From Syntrophorhabdaceae bacterium (GTDB lineage: Bacteria > Desulfobacterota > Syntrophorhabdia > Syntrophorhabdales > Syntrophorhabdaceae), in contig OY762209.1 of assembly GCA_963665295.1 (NCBI GenBank), positions 1,088,001 through 1,152,000 of the forward strand: 64,000 nucleotides of DNA, in the 5' to 3' direction. The first letter of the stretch is position 1. Each line of letters starts with the position of its first letter. Shown here piece by piece: positions 50,473 to 60,447 of this stretch. The notes beneath the pieces are model-generated. The model made no database searches, was not told the origin of the DNA, and saw only the letters and a program-made list of their open reading frames with translations. A program made the position numbers and the translations under genes.

Positions 50473-51164
50473 AAACGGGCGATAAGGCGGCTGAGACCGC
50501 CTTCGTGAGAAAGCTTTACGAGCATCCCCTGAGCGGCAGGGAGATTGAAGTGAAATCACTGGAGACCATCGACAGGGAGGCGGGCGACCACGGTTTCGGG
50601 GAAAAGGAATGGCAGGTCGTGCGCCGCATGATCCATACGAGCGCGGACTTTTCCCTGATGAAGGACGTTCATTTCCTGAACGGAGCCCTGGACGCAGGCC
50701 CCGCCGCCCTTTCCGCGGGCAGAACCATCTATGTGGATTCGAACATGATGAGGGCAGGTATCTCCCTGGCAAGGCTCCGTGAGGTCCGGGAGCAGTACGG
50801 GCCGGCGGACGTTGTCTGTCACGTGGCTGATCCCGATGTGGCGGCGGCAGCCGACGAGGCCCGTCTCCCGAGGGCGGTTTTTGCGGTCCGCAAGGCAATC
50901 CCCGTGCTCGACGGCGCAATCGTCTGTTTCGGCAACTCGCCTGTAGGGCTTCTGGAGGTCAACCGTCTCATCATGGAAGAGGGTATCCGGCCGGCCCTGG
51001 TCATCGCCATGCCTGTGGGGTTCGTTCACGTGGAAGAAAGCAAGGAAGAGCTTATGGGCCTCCACATGCCCGCCATCGTGCTCGGAGGCAGGCGGGGAGG
51101 GAGCGCCCTCGCGGTGAGCGTGATCCACGCGCTGTGCAATATCGTTAAGGAGAGTGCCTTATGA
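50469..51164 (+). CDS. cbiC: Cobalt-precorrin-8 methylmutase
   Basis: RRMIHTSAD, GNSP, PVGFV..ESKE, GRRGGS. Confidence 0.93.
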   Translation: MKTGDKAAETAFVRKLYEHPLSGREIEVKSLETIDREAGDHGFGEKEWQVVRRMIHTSADFSLMKDVHFLNGALDAGPAALSAGRTIYVDSNMMRAGISLARLREVREQYGPADVVCHVADPDVAAAADEARLPRAVFAVRKAIPVLDGAIVCFGNSPVGLLEVNRLIMEEGIRPALVIAMPVGFVHVEESKEELMGLHMPAIVLGGRRGGSALAVSVIHALCNIVKESAL

Positions 51165-51664
51165 CCCGATCGACAAGAGCGATAATCATCCTCGGTCACG
51201 GAAGCCGCGTGCCGGGGGCAAACGCATCAATGCTTCAGGTGACGTCCCTGTTGAAGGAGAAATACGGATATCCCATTGTGGAGGTATGCAACATGTCCCG
51301 TCTCGGCCCCTATCTGGGGGACGCCCTTGAAACCTGCATCGAAGCAGGGGCCACGGATATCATGGTAATCCCCTATTTTCTCCACGAGGGGCTCCACATG
51401 CGTCTCGATATCCCCAGGATGATGCAGGAATATGCCCTTCAATATCCCCATATCCGTTTTGTTTTCGGCAAGAACCTCGGATTCGACGAGTCTCTTGTGG
51501 ACCTTGTGCAGAGGAGGATCGTCGAATCGGAGCATCTGGGTGATGTCAGGGACCTCATGCTCCCCGGGGAAGACCAGTACCCCATCCCGCCGGGACAGCA
51601 CGAATTCGTGGGCATGACGCCTGACGATGCCCGGCAGTGGAGACAACGGAATGGCGAAGAATAG
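51161..51664 (+). CDS. cbiX: Sirohydrochlorin cobaltochelatase, single-domain CbiX
   Basis: GHGSR, PYFLHEGLHM..DIP. Confidence 0.88.
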   Translation: MTRSTRAIIILGHGSRVPGANASMLQVTSLLKEKYGYPIVEVCNMSRLGPYLGDALETCIEAGATDIMVIPYFLHEGLHMRLDIPRMMQEYALQYPHIRFVFGKNLGFDESLVDLVQRRIVESEHLGDVRDLMLPGEDQYPIPPGQHEFVGMTPDDARQWRQRNGEE

Positions 51665-52454
51665 AAGGAAGCGGGCATCCTCCCGGTCCGGGGCGACAAG
51701 GTTTCCCCTTCTCCCGGGGGTTTGCGCGGCGGTTCTTGTCCTGAATCTTGCAGTTTTTACCGTGCCTGTCCACGCCATGCACATAGCGGAGGGAATACTC
51801 CCCCTCGGCTGGGCAACCCTGTGGATCGCCGTCGCCCTTCCTTTCGTGGCCCTTGGCCTTAAGGACCTCAGGAGATTCCGCGAGTCCTCCCGCCATGCCA
51901 TGCCCCTTATCGGGCTCGTGGGCGCGGCGGTTTTCATCATCTCGTGCATGCCCGTTCCCGTTCCCATTGCGGGATCATGCTCCCACCCCTGCGGCACGGG
52001 GCTTGCGGCAATCCTCGTGGGACCCTTTATCACCGTGCTCATTGCGAGCATAGCCCTTCTCCTCCAGGCCCTCTTTCTCGCCCACGGGGGACTGACGACC
52101 ATAGGGGCCGATATATGTTCCATGGGCATTGCGGGGGCCTTTACGGGGTACGCCGTGTTCCGGTTCAGCCGGGCATTAAGGGTCCCCGTGTTTGCGGCGG
52201 CCCTCATGGCGGGCCTCTTTTCCGACTGGGCAACCTATTCGGCGACATCATTACAACTCGCCTCCGCCTTAAGCGGACCGGGGTCGTGGGGCTCCATGTT
52301 CACGGCCCTCCTTCTCGCGTTCATGCCCACCCAGATACCCCTGGGCCTTTTTGAGGGGATTATCACCGGAGGGGCGTACACCTTTCTCGTAAGCCGCAGG
52401 CCCGACCTGATCCCCCTCCTCACGGCGAGGAAGAGCGTGGAGGCGGTGAAATGA
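51651..52454 (+). CDS. cbiM: Cobalt ECF transporter S component
   Basis: Signal peptide then MHIAEGILP, SHPCG, AHGGLTT. Confidence 0.93.
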   Translation: MAKNRRKRASSRSGATRFPLLPGVCAAVLVLNLAVFTVPVHAMHIAEGILPLGWATLWIAVALPFVALGLKDLRRFRESSRHAMPLIGLVGAAVFIISCMPVPVPIAGSCSHPCGTGLAAILVGPFITVLIASIALLLQALFLAHGGLTTIGADICSMGIAGAFTGYAVFRFSRALRVPVFAAALMAGLFSDWATYSATSLQLASALSGPGSWGSMFTALLLAFMPTQIPLGLFEGIITGGAYTFLVSRRPDLIPLLTARKSVEAVK

Positions 52455-52744
52455 GGGGCCTTTCCATGTTCGTTGCGGTTTTTCTCATTCTTTTTGCCTT
52501 CACCCTCATCTCCGTCCGGGCGGATTCAGGCAAATGGGCGGGCGTCGATGAGACGGTTGTGGAAAGGTTTGCCGGGAAGGCGGGCCGTCCCGCAAAAGAG
52601 CCCTTTATCAATTGGGGCCAGGGCGACCTCCCCCTCTTTATCTTTCTCATTGCCGGTGCAACGGGCGGGTTTGCGGCAGGATACTATTTCAGGGTGCTTT
52701 TCCACGAAAAAGGACGGGAGGGTGAGCCGAAAAACGATGTTTGA
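52451..52744 (+). CDS. cbiN: Cobalt ECF transporter auxiliary subunit
   Basis: WAGVD, GGFAAGYYF; between cbiM and cbiQ. Confidence 0.8.
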   Translation: MRGLSMFVAVFLILFAFTLISVRADSGKWAGVDETVVERFAGKAGRPAKEPFINWGQGDLPLFIFLIAGATGGFAAGYYFRVLFHEKGREGEPKNDV

Positions 52745-53513
52745 CCTCTTTTCCGATATCTTTACCCACCGTGAAAACGGACTCAGGCGACTCGATGCGA
52801 GAATGAAGTTCTTCGTCGTGATCGCAACCCTCATCACCCTGATCCTGTCCCGGGGATTCGCCTATCCCCTCATCGTCCTTACCGCCTCTCTTCTCGCTCT
52901 TCTCGCGGTGAGGATTCCCGTCCGGTTCATCGCCTTTCGCCTTCTTATGCCGGCGGCCATCGTCCTTGTTCTCATCGGCCTCAAGGCCCTTCTGACCCAC
53001 GGCGAGCCGCTTTTCCGTACGGTCCTTTGGGGCGTGACCATTGCGATTACCCGTGAAGGGCTTACGAGCGGTCTCTCCATGGGGGCCCGTGTAGTCGCCG
53101 CAGTGACCCTGCTCATCCTCTTCGGCAGCGTTACCCCGGCCCATTCCATATTTCACGCCATGCGATGGATGCGGGCCCCGAGGGAATGGGTGGAATTGGC
53201 GCTCCTCATGTACCGCTACATATTCGTTCTTGTGGAAACGACTGCCAATATGGCCACGGCCCAGCGTCTCCGCCTGAGCTACAACGGGGTAAGGAACTCG
53301 TTTCGCTCGGCAGGGGTGCTCTGCGGCGCGGTCATGCTGAAATCCATCGATCAGGCCATGAAGGCGGGGGAGGCCATGGAACTTCGGGGTCACGCAGGCG
53401 CCGTTCCCCTCGCGCCTCTGACGCCCCTCTCGCCTCCGCAGGTGACGGCCTCCATAGGGGCCTGTCTCCTCGTTGTTTCTATCCAGGGAGTCTGCGAATG
53501 GTTTCTTCCATGA
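52737..53513 (+). CDS. cbiQ: Cobalt ECF transporter T component
   Basis: LDARMK, MYRYIF, AQRLR, AMELRG. Confidence 0.9.
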   Translation: MFDLFSDIFTHRENGLRRLDARMKFFVVIATLITLILSRGFAYPLIVLTASLLALLAVRIPVRFIAFRLLMPAAIVLVLIGLKALLTHGEPLFRTVLWGVTIAITREGLTSGLSMGARVVAAVTLLILFGSVTPAHSIFHAMRWMRAPREWVELALLMYRYIFVLVETTANMATAQRLRLSYNGVRNSFRSAGVLCGAVMLKSIDQAMKAGEAMELRGHAGAVPLAPLTPLSPPQVTASIGACLLVVSIQGVCEWFLP

Positions 53514-54394
53514 AACACACCGATGAACCGGTGATCCGCGCCGAAAAGATCAGCTTCTCTTACGTGGGCCACGGCCTTGCCCTTGACTGTATCGATTTCA
53601 TGGTCCGGAAGGGTGAGTTTGTCGCCTTCCTTGCATCGAACGGCGCGGGGAAGACCACCTTCCTCAAGGTGCTGGTGGGGCTTCTCAAGCCCGGGACAGG
53701 CAGTGTCCGGCTCAACGGGAGGGACATAAAAGGCCTTTCAGCGAGCGTTATCTGCCGGGAGATCGGTTTCGTCCTCCAGAATCCCACAGATCAGCTCTTT
53801 GCCGCCACCGTGGAGGAGGATGTGGCCGCAGGTCCCAGAAACCTGGGGCTTCCCGAGGATGAGGTGGAGCGTCGCGTGGCGGAGGCCCTAGAACTGGTGT
53901 CCGTTTCCCACCTCCGGAAAAGGGCCATACATCACATAAGCCACGGCGAGCAGAAAAGGGTCTCCATTGCGGGCATAATCGCCATGAACCCCTCCACCCT
54001 TATTCTCGATGAACCTACGGCAGGCCTCGACCCCGAAGGAGAGGCATCCATGCTGAGAACGCTGAACCGTCTCAACAAGGAGCACGGGAAGACCATCATT
54101 CTCGCGACCCATTCCGTTGACATGCTCCCCCTGTTTGCCGACAGGATCGTCATCATGAACAGCGGTAAGATATTGCAGGACGGCAGCCCTGAAGAGGTCT
54201 TCGCCGACCGTGAGATGCTTAAAGGCGCCCGCTTGAGGCTCCCTTATATTTCCCGTCTTCTTTACGAGCTGAGACACCTTGATGGCGCGCCCATAGACGG
54301 TATACCTCTCACCATCGGCGAGGCCCGGGTAAAACTCCTCGAACTGATTCCCGAGGAGCGACTGATCCGCAACATGAGGGGGCAAGGGGAATGA
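53510..54394 (+). CDS. cbiO: Cobalt ECF transporter ATPase
   Basis: ASNGAGKT, QNPTDQLF, SHGEQKR, LDEPT. Confidence 0.92.
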   Translation: MKHTDEPVIRAEKISFSYVGHGLALDCIDFMVRKGEFVAFLASNGAGKTTFLKVLVGLLKPGTGSVRLNGRDIKGLSASVICREIGFVLQNPTDQLFAATVEEDVAAGPRNLGLPEDEVERRVAEALELVSVSHLRKRAIHHISHGEQKRVSIAGIIAMNPSTLILDEPTAGLDPEGEASMLRTLNRLNKEHGKTIILATHSVDMLPLFADRIVIMNSGKILQDGSPEEVFADREMLKGARLRLPYISRLLYELRHLDGAPIDGIPLTIGEARVKLLELIPEERLIRNMRGQGE

Positions 54395-55449
54395 AGGCGC
54401 TCAGAGGGGGTTTTTCCACGGGCGCGTGCGCGGCCGCGGCGGCAAAGGCGGCGGTGATCGTCCTTTCAGGCCGTCCCGGCGTGGCCGAGGCAGAGATCGG
54501 CCTGCCCCGGGGAGAGCGGGTCGGCTTTACCGTGCATGGGGCCGTGGCGGACGGCGACCGGGCCCGTGCGTGGGTGAGAAAGTCCGCGGGCGATGATCCG
54601 GACGTTACGGATGGCGTCGATATTGTGGTCTCCGTATCGTGGATCGATGGGACGGACGTGGTTTTTGCGGCGGGAGAGGGCGTGGGCATGGTGACCAAGC
54701 CCGGCCTCTCGGTCCCTCCCGGGGAGCCCGCCATCAACCCTGTTCCGAGGGCGATGATCCGCTCCGCGGTGAGAGAAGTGACCGGCAGGGGCGTAAGGGT
54801 CACCATCTCAATCCCGGGCGGTGAGGCCCTTGCCCGAAAGACCTTCAATCCCCGCCTCGGTATCAGGGGAGGACTCTCCATCCTGGGCACCACGGGGCTG
54901 ACGAGGCCTTTCAGTTGCAAGGCCATCCAGTGCACCATCGAGTGCGCCCTGAATGTCTCCTTCGCTTCAGGCATTTCCGCCCCTGTCCTTGTGCCGGGCC
55001 ACATCGGCGAAGGTTCCGCGAGAAAGCACCTCGTGCTCTCCGACGAGCAGGTCATAGAGGTGGGCAACGAGTGGGGGTTTACCCTCGATGTGTTGAAGCA
55101 GAGGGCCGGTCCCCTCTCCCTCCTCATTCTGGGGCATCCGGGAAAGCTCGCCAAACTGGCGGAGAACGAGTGGGACACCCACTCCTCCCGGTCCAAAAGC
55201 GCCGTTCCCCTCGTGGCAGGGATGGTTCTTGCCATGTTCGGCAAGGGCCTGCCCGATACGGAGACCGTGGAGGGGATCTTTGCCGCCCTTCTCCCGGAAG
55301 AGGGGCAAAGGTTGGCGGAGGGGCTCGCCGGGAGGATCGGCAGGGCCGTGGGAGAAAGGCTCGGCTATGGGGCGGAGGTATCCGTTGCGCTCATAAATAT
55401 GAAGGGTGACATACTCGGCGCGTGGGGAGGGCTTGAGAGATGGCAGTGA
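54391..55449 (+). CDS. cbiD: Cobalt-precorrin-5B C1-methyltransferase
   Basis: GFSTGACAAAA, GDDPDVT, AINPVP, NPRLGI..SILGTTG. Confidence 0.95.
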   Translation: MKALRGGFSTGACAAAAAKAAVIVLSGRPGVAEAEIGLPRGERVGFTVHGAVADGDRARAWVRKSAGDDPDVTDGVDIVVSVSWIDGTDVVFAAGEGVGMVTKPGLSVPPGEPAINPVPRAMIRSAVREVTGRGVRVTISIPGGEALARKTFNPRLGIRGGLSILGTTGLTRPFSCKAIQCTIECALNVSFASGISAPVLVPGHIGEGSARKHLVLSDEQVIEVGNEWGFTLDVLKQRAGPLSLLILGHPGKLAKLAENEWDTHSSRSKSAVPLVAGMVLAMFGKGLPDTETVEGIFAALLPEEGQRLAEGLAGRIGRAVGERLGYGAEVSVALINMKGDILGAWGGLERWQ

Positions 55450-56084
55450 AAGAGCACAGGATCACCATTGTAGGCTGCGGTCCCGGTTCGCCTGATTACA
55501 TGACAGGCGCGGGTCTTAGGGCCATCGAAAAGGCGGAGGTCCTCATGGGGGCCGGGAGACTCCTTGACGCCTTCGGCCGTCATGACCAGGAGCGGATACC
55601 CGTGGGCGCCGACGTAGCAGGGGCCCTCGACCGTCTTCAAGGGATTTTCAGGACGAGGAAGACGGCGGTCCTCGTGAGCGGCGATCCGGGGCTCAAAAGC
55701 TTCGCCTCGAATGTCATCGACCGTTTCGGCAGGGATAAGTGCGAAGTGATACCCGGCGTCAGCTCGGTGCAGGCCGCCTTTGCCCGTGTCGGCCTCGCCT
55801 GGCATGACGCCCGCATCGTAAGCGCCCATGAAGGCATCCCGCCTGTGGCGCCTTTGTCTCTCGTGAAGGAGGAGAAGGTGGCCGTTCTCGCGGGCGGGGA
55901 CAAATCTATCGGATGGATCAGGGCGTTAGCGGTCGCCCTCGGCCCGGACCACGTCATCTACCTCTGCCGGGACCTGACCCTTGACACGGAAGAAGTCCGG
56001 CAGGTAGGGTCCGACGAACTCGGTGGCATGAGCCTGCCCTCCCGGTCCATATTGCTCTTTATCAAGGAGGACTTTTCACCATGA
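55440..56084 (+). CDS. cbiE: Cobalt-precorrin-7 C5-methyltransferase
   Basis: VGCGPG, SGDPG, PGVSSVQAAFAR..W. Confidence 0.88.
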   Translation: MAVKEHRITIVGCGPGSPDYMTGAGLRAIEKAEVLMGAGRLLDAFGRHDQERIPVGADVAGALDRLQGIFRTRKTAVLVSGDPGLKSFASNVIDRFGRDKCEVIPGVSSVQAAFARVGLAWHDARIVSAHEGIPPVAPLSLVKEEKVAVLAGGDKSIGWIRALAVALGPDHVIYLCRDLTLDTEEVRQVGSDELGGMSLPSRSILLFIKEDFSP

Positions 56085-56800
56085 AACCAGGGACCCTTTA
56101 CGGCATCGGCATTGGCCCCGGCGACCCGGACCTCATCACCGTGAAGGGCGCGGCGGTGCTTTCGCGATGCGGCCATATATTCGTTCCGAAATCAAAGGTG
56201 GCGGCAGAGAGCCTTGCCCTCACCATTGCGACGAAACATATCAACCCCGGGGCAAAGGTCCACGAAGTGCTCTTTCCCATGACCAAAGACGAATCGGAAT
56301 TGCGCAAGAGGTGGGACGAGTCGGCGGAGCGGATCGCCGCGGTCCTCATGACCGGCGAAGACGCCGTCTTTATCACCCTGGGCGACGCGCTCCTCTATTC
56401 CACGTATATTTATTGCATCAGGGCGCTCCGGCGCCTTATGCCCCATGCCGGGATCGTCACCATACCGGGGGTCACCTCCTTTTCGGCCGCTGCGGCGGCA
56501 GCGGGATTTCCCATAGGCGAGGGGAAGAATCCCGTGACCATTATCCCCACGGCCGATGACCTGGGCGACGTGCGCCGTGCCCTCGGCGGGAAAGGGACGG
56601 TCATCCTCATGAAGGTGGGCAACCGTCTCGGCGGCATCGTAGAGCTGCTCAAAGAGGCGGACGCCCTCGGGGAAAGCGTTTTTGTGGCCCACGCGAGCAT
56701 GGACGACGAGCGGGTGGAAACCGACCTTGCCCATATGGATACCGGGGGAGAGGCGGGATACCTTTCGATAATCCTTACCCATTCCAAGGAGGAAGCATGA
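56081..56800 (+). CDS. cbiL: Cobalt-precorrin-2 C20-methyltransferase
   Basis: GPGDPDLITVK, FPMT, LGD..YST. Confidence 0.92.
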   Translation: MKPGTLYGIGIGPGDPDLITVKGAAVLSRCGHIFVPKSKVAAESLALTIATKHINPGAKVHEVLFPMTKDESELRKRWDESAERIAAVLMTGEDAVFITLGDALLYSTYIYCIRALRRLMPHAGIVTIPGVTSFSAAAAAAGFPIGEGKNPVTIIPTADDLGDVRRALGGKGTVILMKVGNRLGGIVELLKEADALGESVFVAHASMDDERVETDLAHMDTGGEAGYLSIILTHSKEEA

Positions 56801-57555
56801 AGGTTTATTTTATAGGTTCAGGCCCCGGTGACCCGGAACTGATGACAAGGAAGGCCGAGCGCCTTCTTAAGCAAGCCCGGATCTGCGTCTACGCAGGATC
56901 CCTTTTGAGCCCTGCCGTGGTGGCGATGATCCCCGAAGAAGCGGAAAAATACGACTCGGCGAGACTCGATCTGAAGGCGTTGACGGCTATCTATAAAGAT
57001 GCCGGGGAAAGGGGTGTGGATGTCATGAGGCTTCACTCGGGAGACCTCTCCCTCTATAGCGCCATAGGGGAACAGATCGACGAACTCGAAAAGCTGGGCA
57101 TCGACTACGAGGTCGTGCCCGGTGTAAGCTCTTTTCAGGCCGCGGCAGCGGCGCTCAGGCAGGAGTTGACCCTGCCCGAGGTCTCCCAGACGGTCATACT
57201 GACCCGCATGCCCGGTGAAACGCCCGTAGGGGAAGGGGACGATATAAGGAAGCTCGCCGAGACAAAAGCGACACTCTGCATGTTCCTCTCCATCCATAGG
57301 ATGGGGGAGATTGCCGGGACCCTTTCGGAGTTTTACGGCCCTCAATGCCCCGCTGCAGTGGTCTACCATGCCTCGTGGCCCGATCAACGGGTCATAAGGG
57401 GAACCCTTGCAGATATCTCCGGAAAGGTGGAGGCTATGAATATCACTAAGACGGCGATGATAATCGTGGGGTGGGCCCTTGGCCCTGCCTCGGCCCGGTC
57501 GAAGCTCTACGACGGGGCTTTTTCGCACGGCTACAGGTCGGGGACAAAGGGATGA
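56797..57555 (+). CDS. cbiF: Cobalt-precorrin-4 C11-methyltransferase
   Basis: YAGSL, RLHSGD, PEVSQTVI, SKLY..FSHGYR. Confidence 0.93.
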   Translation: MKVYFIGSGPGDPELMTRKAERLLKQARICVYAGSLLSPAVVAMIPEEAEKYDSARLDLKALTAIYKDAGERGVDVMRLHSGDLSLYSAIGEQIDELEKLGIDYEVVPGVSSFQAAAAALRQELTLPEVSQTVILTRMPGETPVGEGDDIRKLAETKATLCMFLSIHRMGEIAGTLSEFYGPQCPAAVVYHASWPDQRVIRGTLADISGKVEAMNITKTAMIIVGWALGPASARSKLYDGAFSHGYRSGTKG

Positions 57556-58322
57556 TAGCCCTTATCACCCTCTCTTCCGAAGGGGCGTCGATTGCGCGGA
57601 CCCTGGCCGCGGCCCTGCCGGATACCCGAATATTTCTCCACGAGGCCGTTGCCGACAAGGAGGGCGGGGAGAGGTTCGGCAGTATCTTTGATGTGACAGG
57701 CCGCATCTTTAACGAGGCGGAGGCCCTTGTCTTCATCGCCCCTGTGGGTGTGGCCGTGCGGTCGATTGCGCCCCATATACGGGACAAGAGGACGGACCCT
57801 GCGGTGGTGGTGGTGGATGTGCGGGGGCGCTACGCCATAAGTCTTCTCGCGGGGCATGAGGGCGGGGCGAACGACCTTTCCCTTGCCATCGGCAATATCC
57901 TCGGAGCGGAGCCCGTTATCACTACCTCGACGGAGGCGCTCAAGACAATTATCGTAGGAGTGGGCTGCCGCAAGGGCTGCGAGGCCGGGATCATCGTGGA
58001 GGCAGTGAAAAGGGCCGTTGCCGACGCAGGGGCGCAGATGAGCGAGGTCCGTTACATTGCCTCGGCGGACATAAAGGAAAAGGAACAGGGGCTTATCGAC
58101 GCGGCCCGCGCCCTCTCGATAGCCTTACGGTTTATCCCGTCCGCGGAGATAAGGTCGAAGGCGCCCTCGTGCAAGGAATCGGCCTTAGTGAGGGAGAAAT
58201 TCAATCTGCCCGGAGTCGCCGAGCCTGCGGCGCTCCTTGCAGGAAGGAGGACATCATTAGTACTTCCAAAGACAATTTACGGAGGAGTGGCTGTGGCGGT
58301 GGCCCGGGAAAACTCTTTGTAG
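57552..58322 (+). CDS. cbiG: Cobalt-precorrin-5A hydrolase
   Basis: DKRTDPAVVVVD, GHEGGAN, GVGCRKG, VAEPAA. Confidence 0.93.
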   Translation: MIALITLSSEGASIARTLAAALPDTRIFLHEAVADKEGGERFGSIFDVTGRIFNEAEALVFIAPVGVAVRSIAPHIRDKRTDPAVVVVDVRGRYAISLLAGHEGGANDLSLAIGNILGAEPVITTSTEALKTIIVGVGCRKGCEAGIIVEAVKRAVADAGAQMSEVRYIASADIKEKEQGLIDAARALSIALRFIPSAEIRSKAPSCKESALVREKFNLPGVAEPAALLAGRRTSLVLPKTIYGGVAVAVARENSL

Positions 58323-59035
58323 TGGGCATAGGGGCCGGAGGACCTGTTGGCCGGACCCTTGCTGCCATAAAGGCCATTGAAGGGAGCCACGTTATCCTGG
58401 GTTATAAGCGATATGTCGAGCTTATCGCCGACATTATCGACGGGCAGGAGGTCGTCTCCTCGGGTATGACCAGGGAGGTGGAGAGGTGCCGTCAGGCGCT
58501 CCGGCTTGCGGCAGAGGGTAAGACCGTCTCTCTCATCTCATCCGGAGACCCCGGCATCTACGGCATGGCGGGTCTTGCAATCGAGGTGGCATCCAAGGAA
58601 GGGTTCGACGTTCCCATAGAGATCATCCCCGGCGTGACGGCTGCAAGCGCCGCCGCCGCCCGTCTCGGCGCCCCGCTCATGCTCGACTGTGCATTTATCA
58701 GCCTGAGCGATATTCTCGTTCCCTGGCAGGAGATCGCTCGGCGCCTGGAGAAGGTCGCTTCGGCGGACCTCGTGACGGTGCTTTACAATCCCAAAAGCAA
58801 GGAGCGCCGCTCCCACATCGAAGAGGCGCGCGCCATATTCGGGCGCTACAGGTCCGGCTCGACGCCCGTGGGCATCGGCACGTCCCTGGGCGCGGAAGAC
58901 GAGGAGGTCGTTCTCACCGACCTCGACCATTTTCTTGAACACGACATGAATATGAGGAGCATCGTGATTATAGGGAACAGTACGTCGAAAAAGATGGATA
59001 AGTGGTTCGTGACCCCGAGGGGCTACAGCCTTTGA
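58256..59035 (+). CDS. cbiH: Cobalt-precorrin-3B C17-methyltransferase (start uncertain)
   Basis: KLFVVGIG, SSGDPGIYGMA, ISLSD, YNPKS, TPRGY. Confidence 0.92.
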   Translation: MSTSKDNLRRSGCGGGPGKLFVVGIGAGGPVGRTLAAIKAIEGSHVILGYKRYVELIADIIDGQEVVSSGMTREVERCRQALRLAAEGKTVSLISSGDPGIYGMAGLAIEVASKEGFDVPIEIIPGVTAASAAAARLGAPLMLDCAFISLSDILVPWQEIARRLEKVASADLVTVLYNPKSKERRSHIEEARAIFGRYRSGSTPVGIGTSLGAEDEEVVLTDLDHFLEHDMNMRSIVIIGNSTSKKMDKWFVTPRGYSL

Positions 59036-59793
59036 TTCTTCTCCTGGGAGGCACGAGCGACACGGCACCCCTTGCGGACCTCATTGCCGGCGCGGGACAC
59101 GAGGTACTTGTTTCGACGGCCACCGATTATCCCCTCCATAAAGGGGTCCACCCCTCTATCTCCCACAGGGCGGGTCCCCTTGACAGGGACGGTCTCGTCA
59201 CCCTTATCCGGAGCAAGAATATCCGGACCCTTGTGGATGCGACACACCCCTATGCGGAGGCGGTGAGCATTGCGGCCCGCGAAGCGGCCCGCATCACGAA
59301 CATTCCCTGCCTGACCTTTATACGTCCCGCAGCCGTAGGCGACGGGTCCGGCGTGCTCCTTGCGGAGAACCATATCGATGCAGCACAACGGGCCTTTGCT
59401 GTCGGCGAGCCCGTGCTTCTGACCATAGGCGCCAATAATCTCGCCCCCTATGCCGAAGAGGCGAAAAAGACGGGCGTCCCTTTTACCGCACGGATCCTTC
59501 CCCGGGAAGAATCCCGTCTGGCCGCCATAAAGGCCGGAGTGCCGGACGACTGCCTCGTCATGGCCAAGGGGCCCTTTTCCATAGAGGAAAACTCCGGGCT
59601 GATAAGGAAGACCGGGGCCGGGGTCATGGTGACCAAGGACGGCGGCGCCGTGAGCGGAGTCCTCGAGAAACTCGAGGCCGGCCGCAGAGAAGGGTGCCGC
59701 ATGATCCTCGTCAAAAGGCCCTTGCCACAGGGAGAGTGCTTCGATACTTACGGCGCGCTGCTCAAATGTCTGTCCACGCTGAGGCCCGTGTAG
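59032..59793 (+). CDS. cbiJ: Cobalt-precorrin-6A reductase
   Basis: LGGTSD, DATHPYA, GPFS..EN, VTKDGG. Confidence 0.92.
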   Translation: MILLLGGTSDTAPLADLIAGAGHEVLVSTATDYPLHKGVHPSISHRAGPLDRDGLVTLIRSKNIRTLVDATHPYAEAVSIAAREAARITNIPCLTFIRPAAVGDGSGVLLAENHIDAAQRAFAVGEPVLLTIGANNLAPYAEEAKKTGVPFTARILPREESRLAAIKAGVPDDCLVMAKGPFSIEENSGLIRKTGAGVMVTKDGGAVSGVLEKLEAGRREGCRMILVKRPLPQGECFDTYGALLKCLSTLRPV

Positions 59794-59991
59794 CGCCCCC
59801 ACATCAAAGCCGGGGGTCACCTCAGGGGCTACCTCAGGTTGTACTTCGATGAACCGGATATTTCTTTGCACTGAGAATGTTTGAGGGGATCATGAACGCA
59901 GCTATTGACGAGGATGTCGATGAATTCTCTTTTTAGGCGGAAAGGCGGGGCTTTCCAGCCTTTTTTTGTACATGCGCCTGTAAACTGGTTT

Positions 59992-60283
59992 TTATGGATG
60001 TGGGGGATTCTGTTCCGTAAGTGGTGTGACGTGGGTAGCGGCACCGGACTTCCTTATCCGGGCGAGGTCATATGATCCCTGAAGCTGCAACCAGCTTTCG
60101 GGGCTACGCCCGAAGGCCTGTGATAGTCTCAGGGGAAATGCTCGCGTGCCCGTTTAGCAGCAACGAAAGCGTCTTACGGGTTACACCAAGGCCTTCAGCG
60201 GCTTTTGTGGCGCTTAAGCCAAGGGGATTGATGCACAGGTCCCGTATAATCTCGCCGGGATGGGGAGGGGTTTTCATAGCCAT
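59992..60283 (-). pseudogene. higA: HigA-family antitoxin, frameshifted
   Basis: [25 protein letters not shown] / [20 protein letters not shown]; expected short segment missing at ~60125. Confidence 0.85.
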
Positions 60284-60447
60284 ACTTTACATCTCCTAAT
60301 GATTCTCTGTCCCCAAGCTGTCCCCATTAACTCTTTATTCGGTCAAAGCCCCATGGGAAGAATCAAGGCCCCCTTGGGGGAAGCGAATTGCCTCGGTCGC
60401 CGGCAATGCCCGAATCGGGGAAGGGAGTGCGGGTTAGGGACGGTTTC

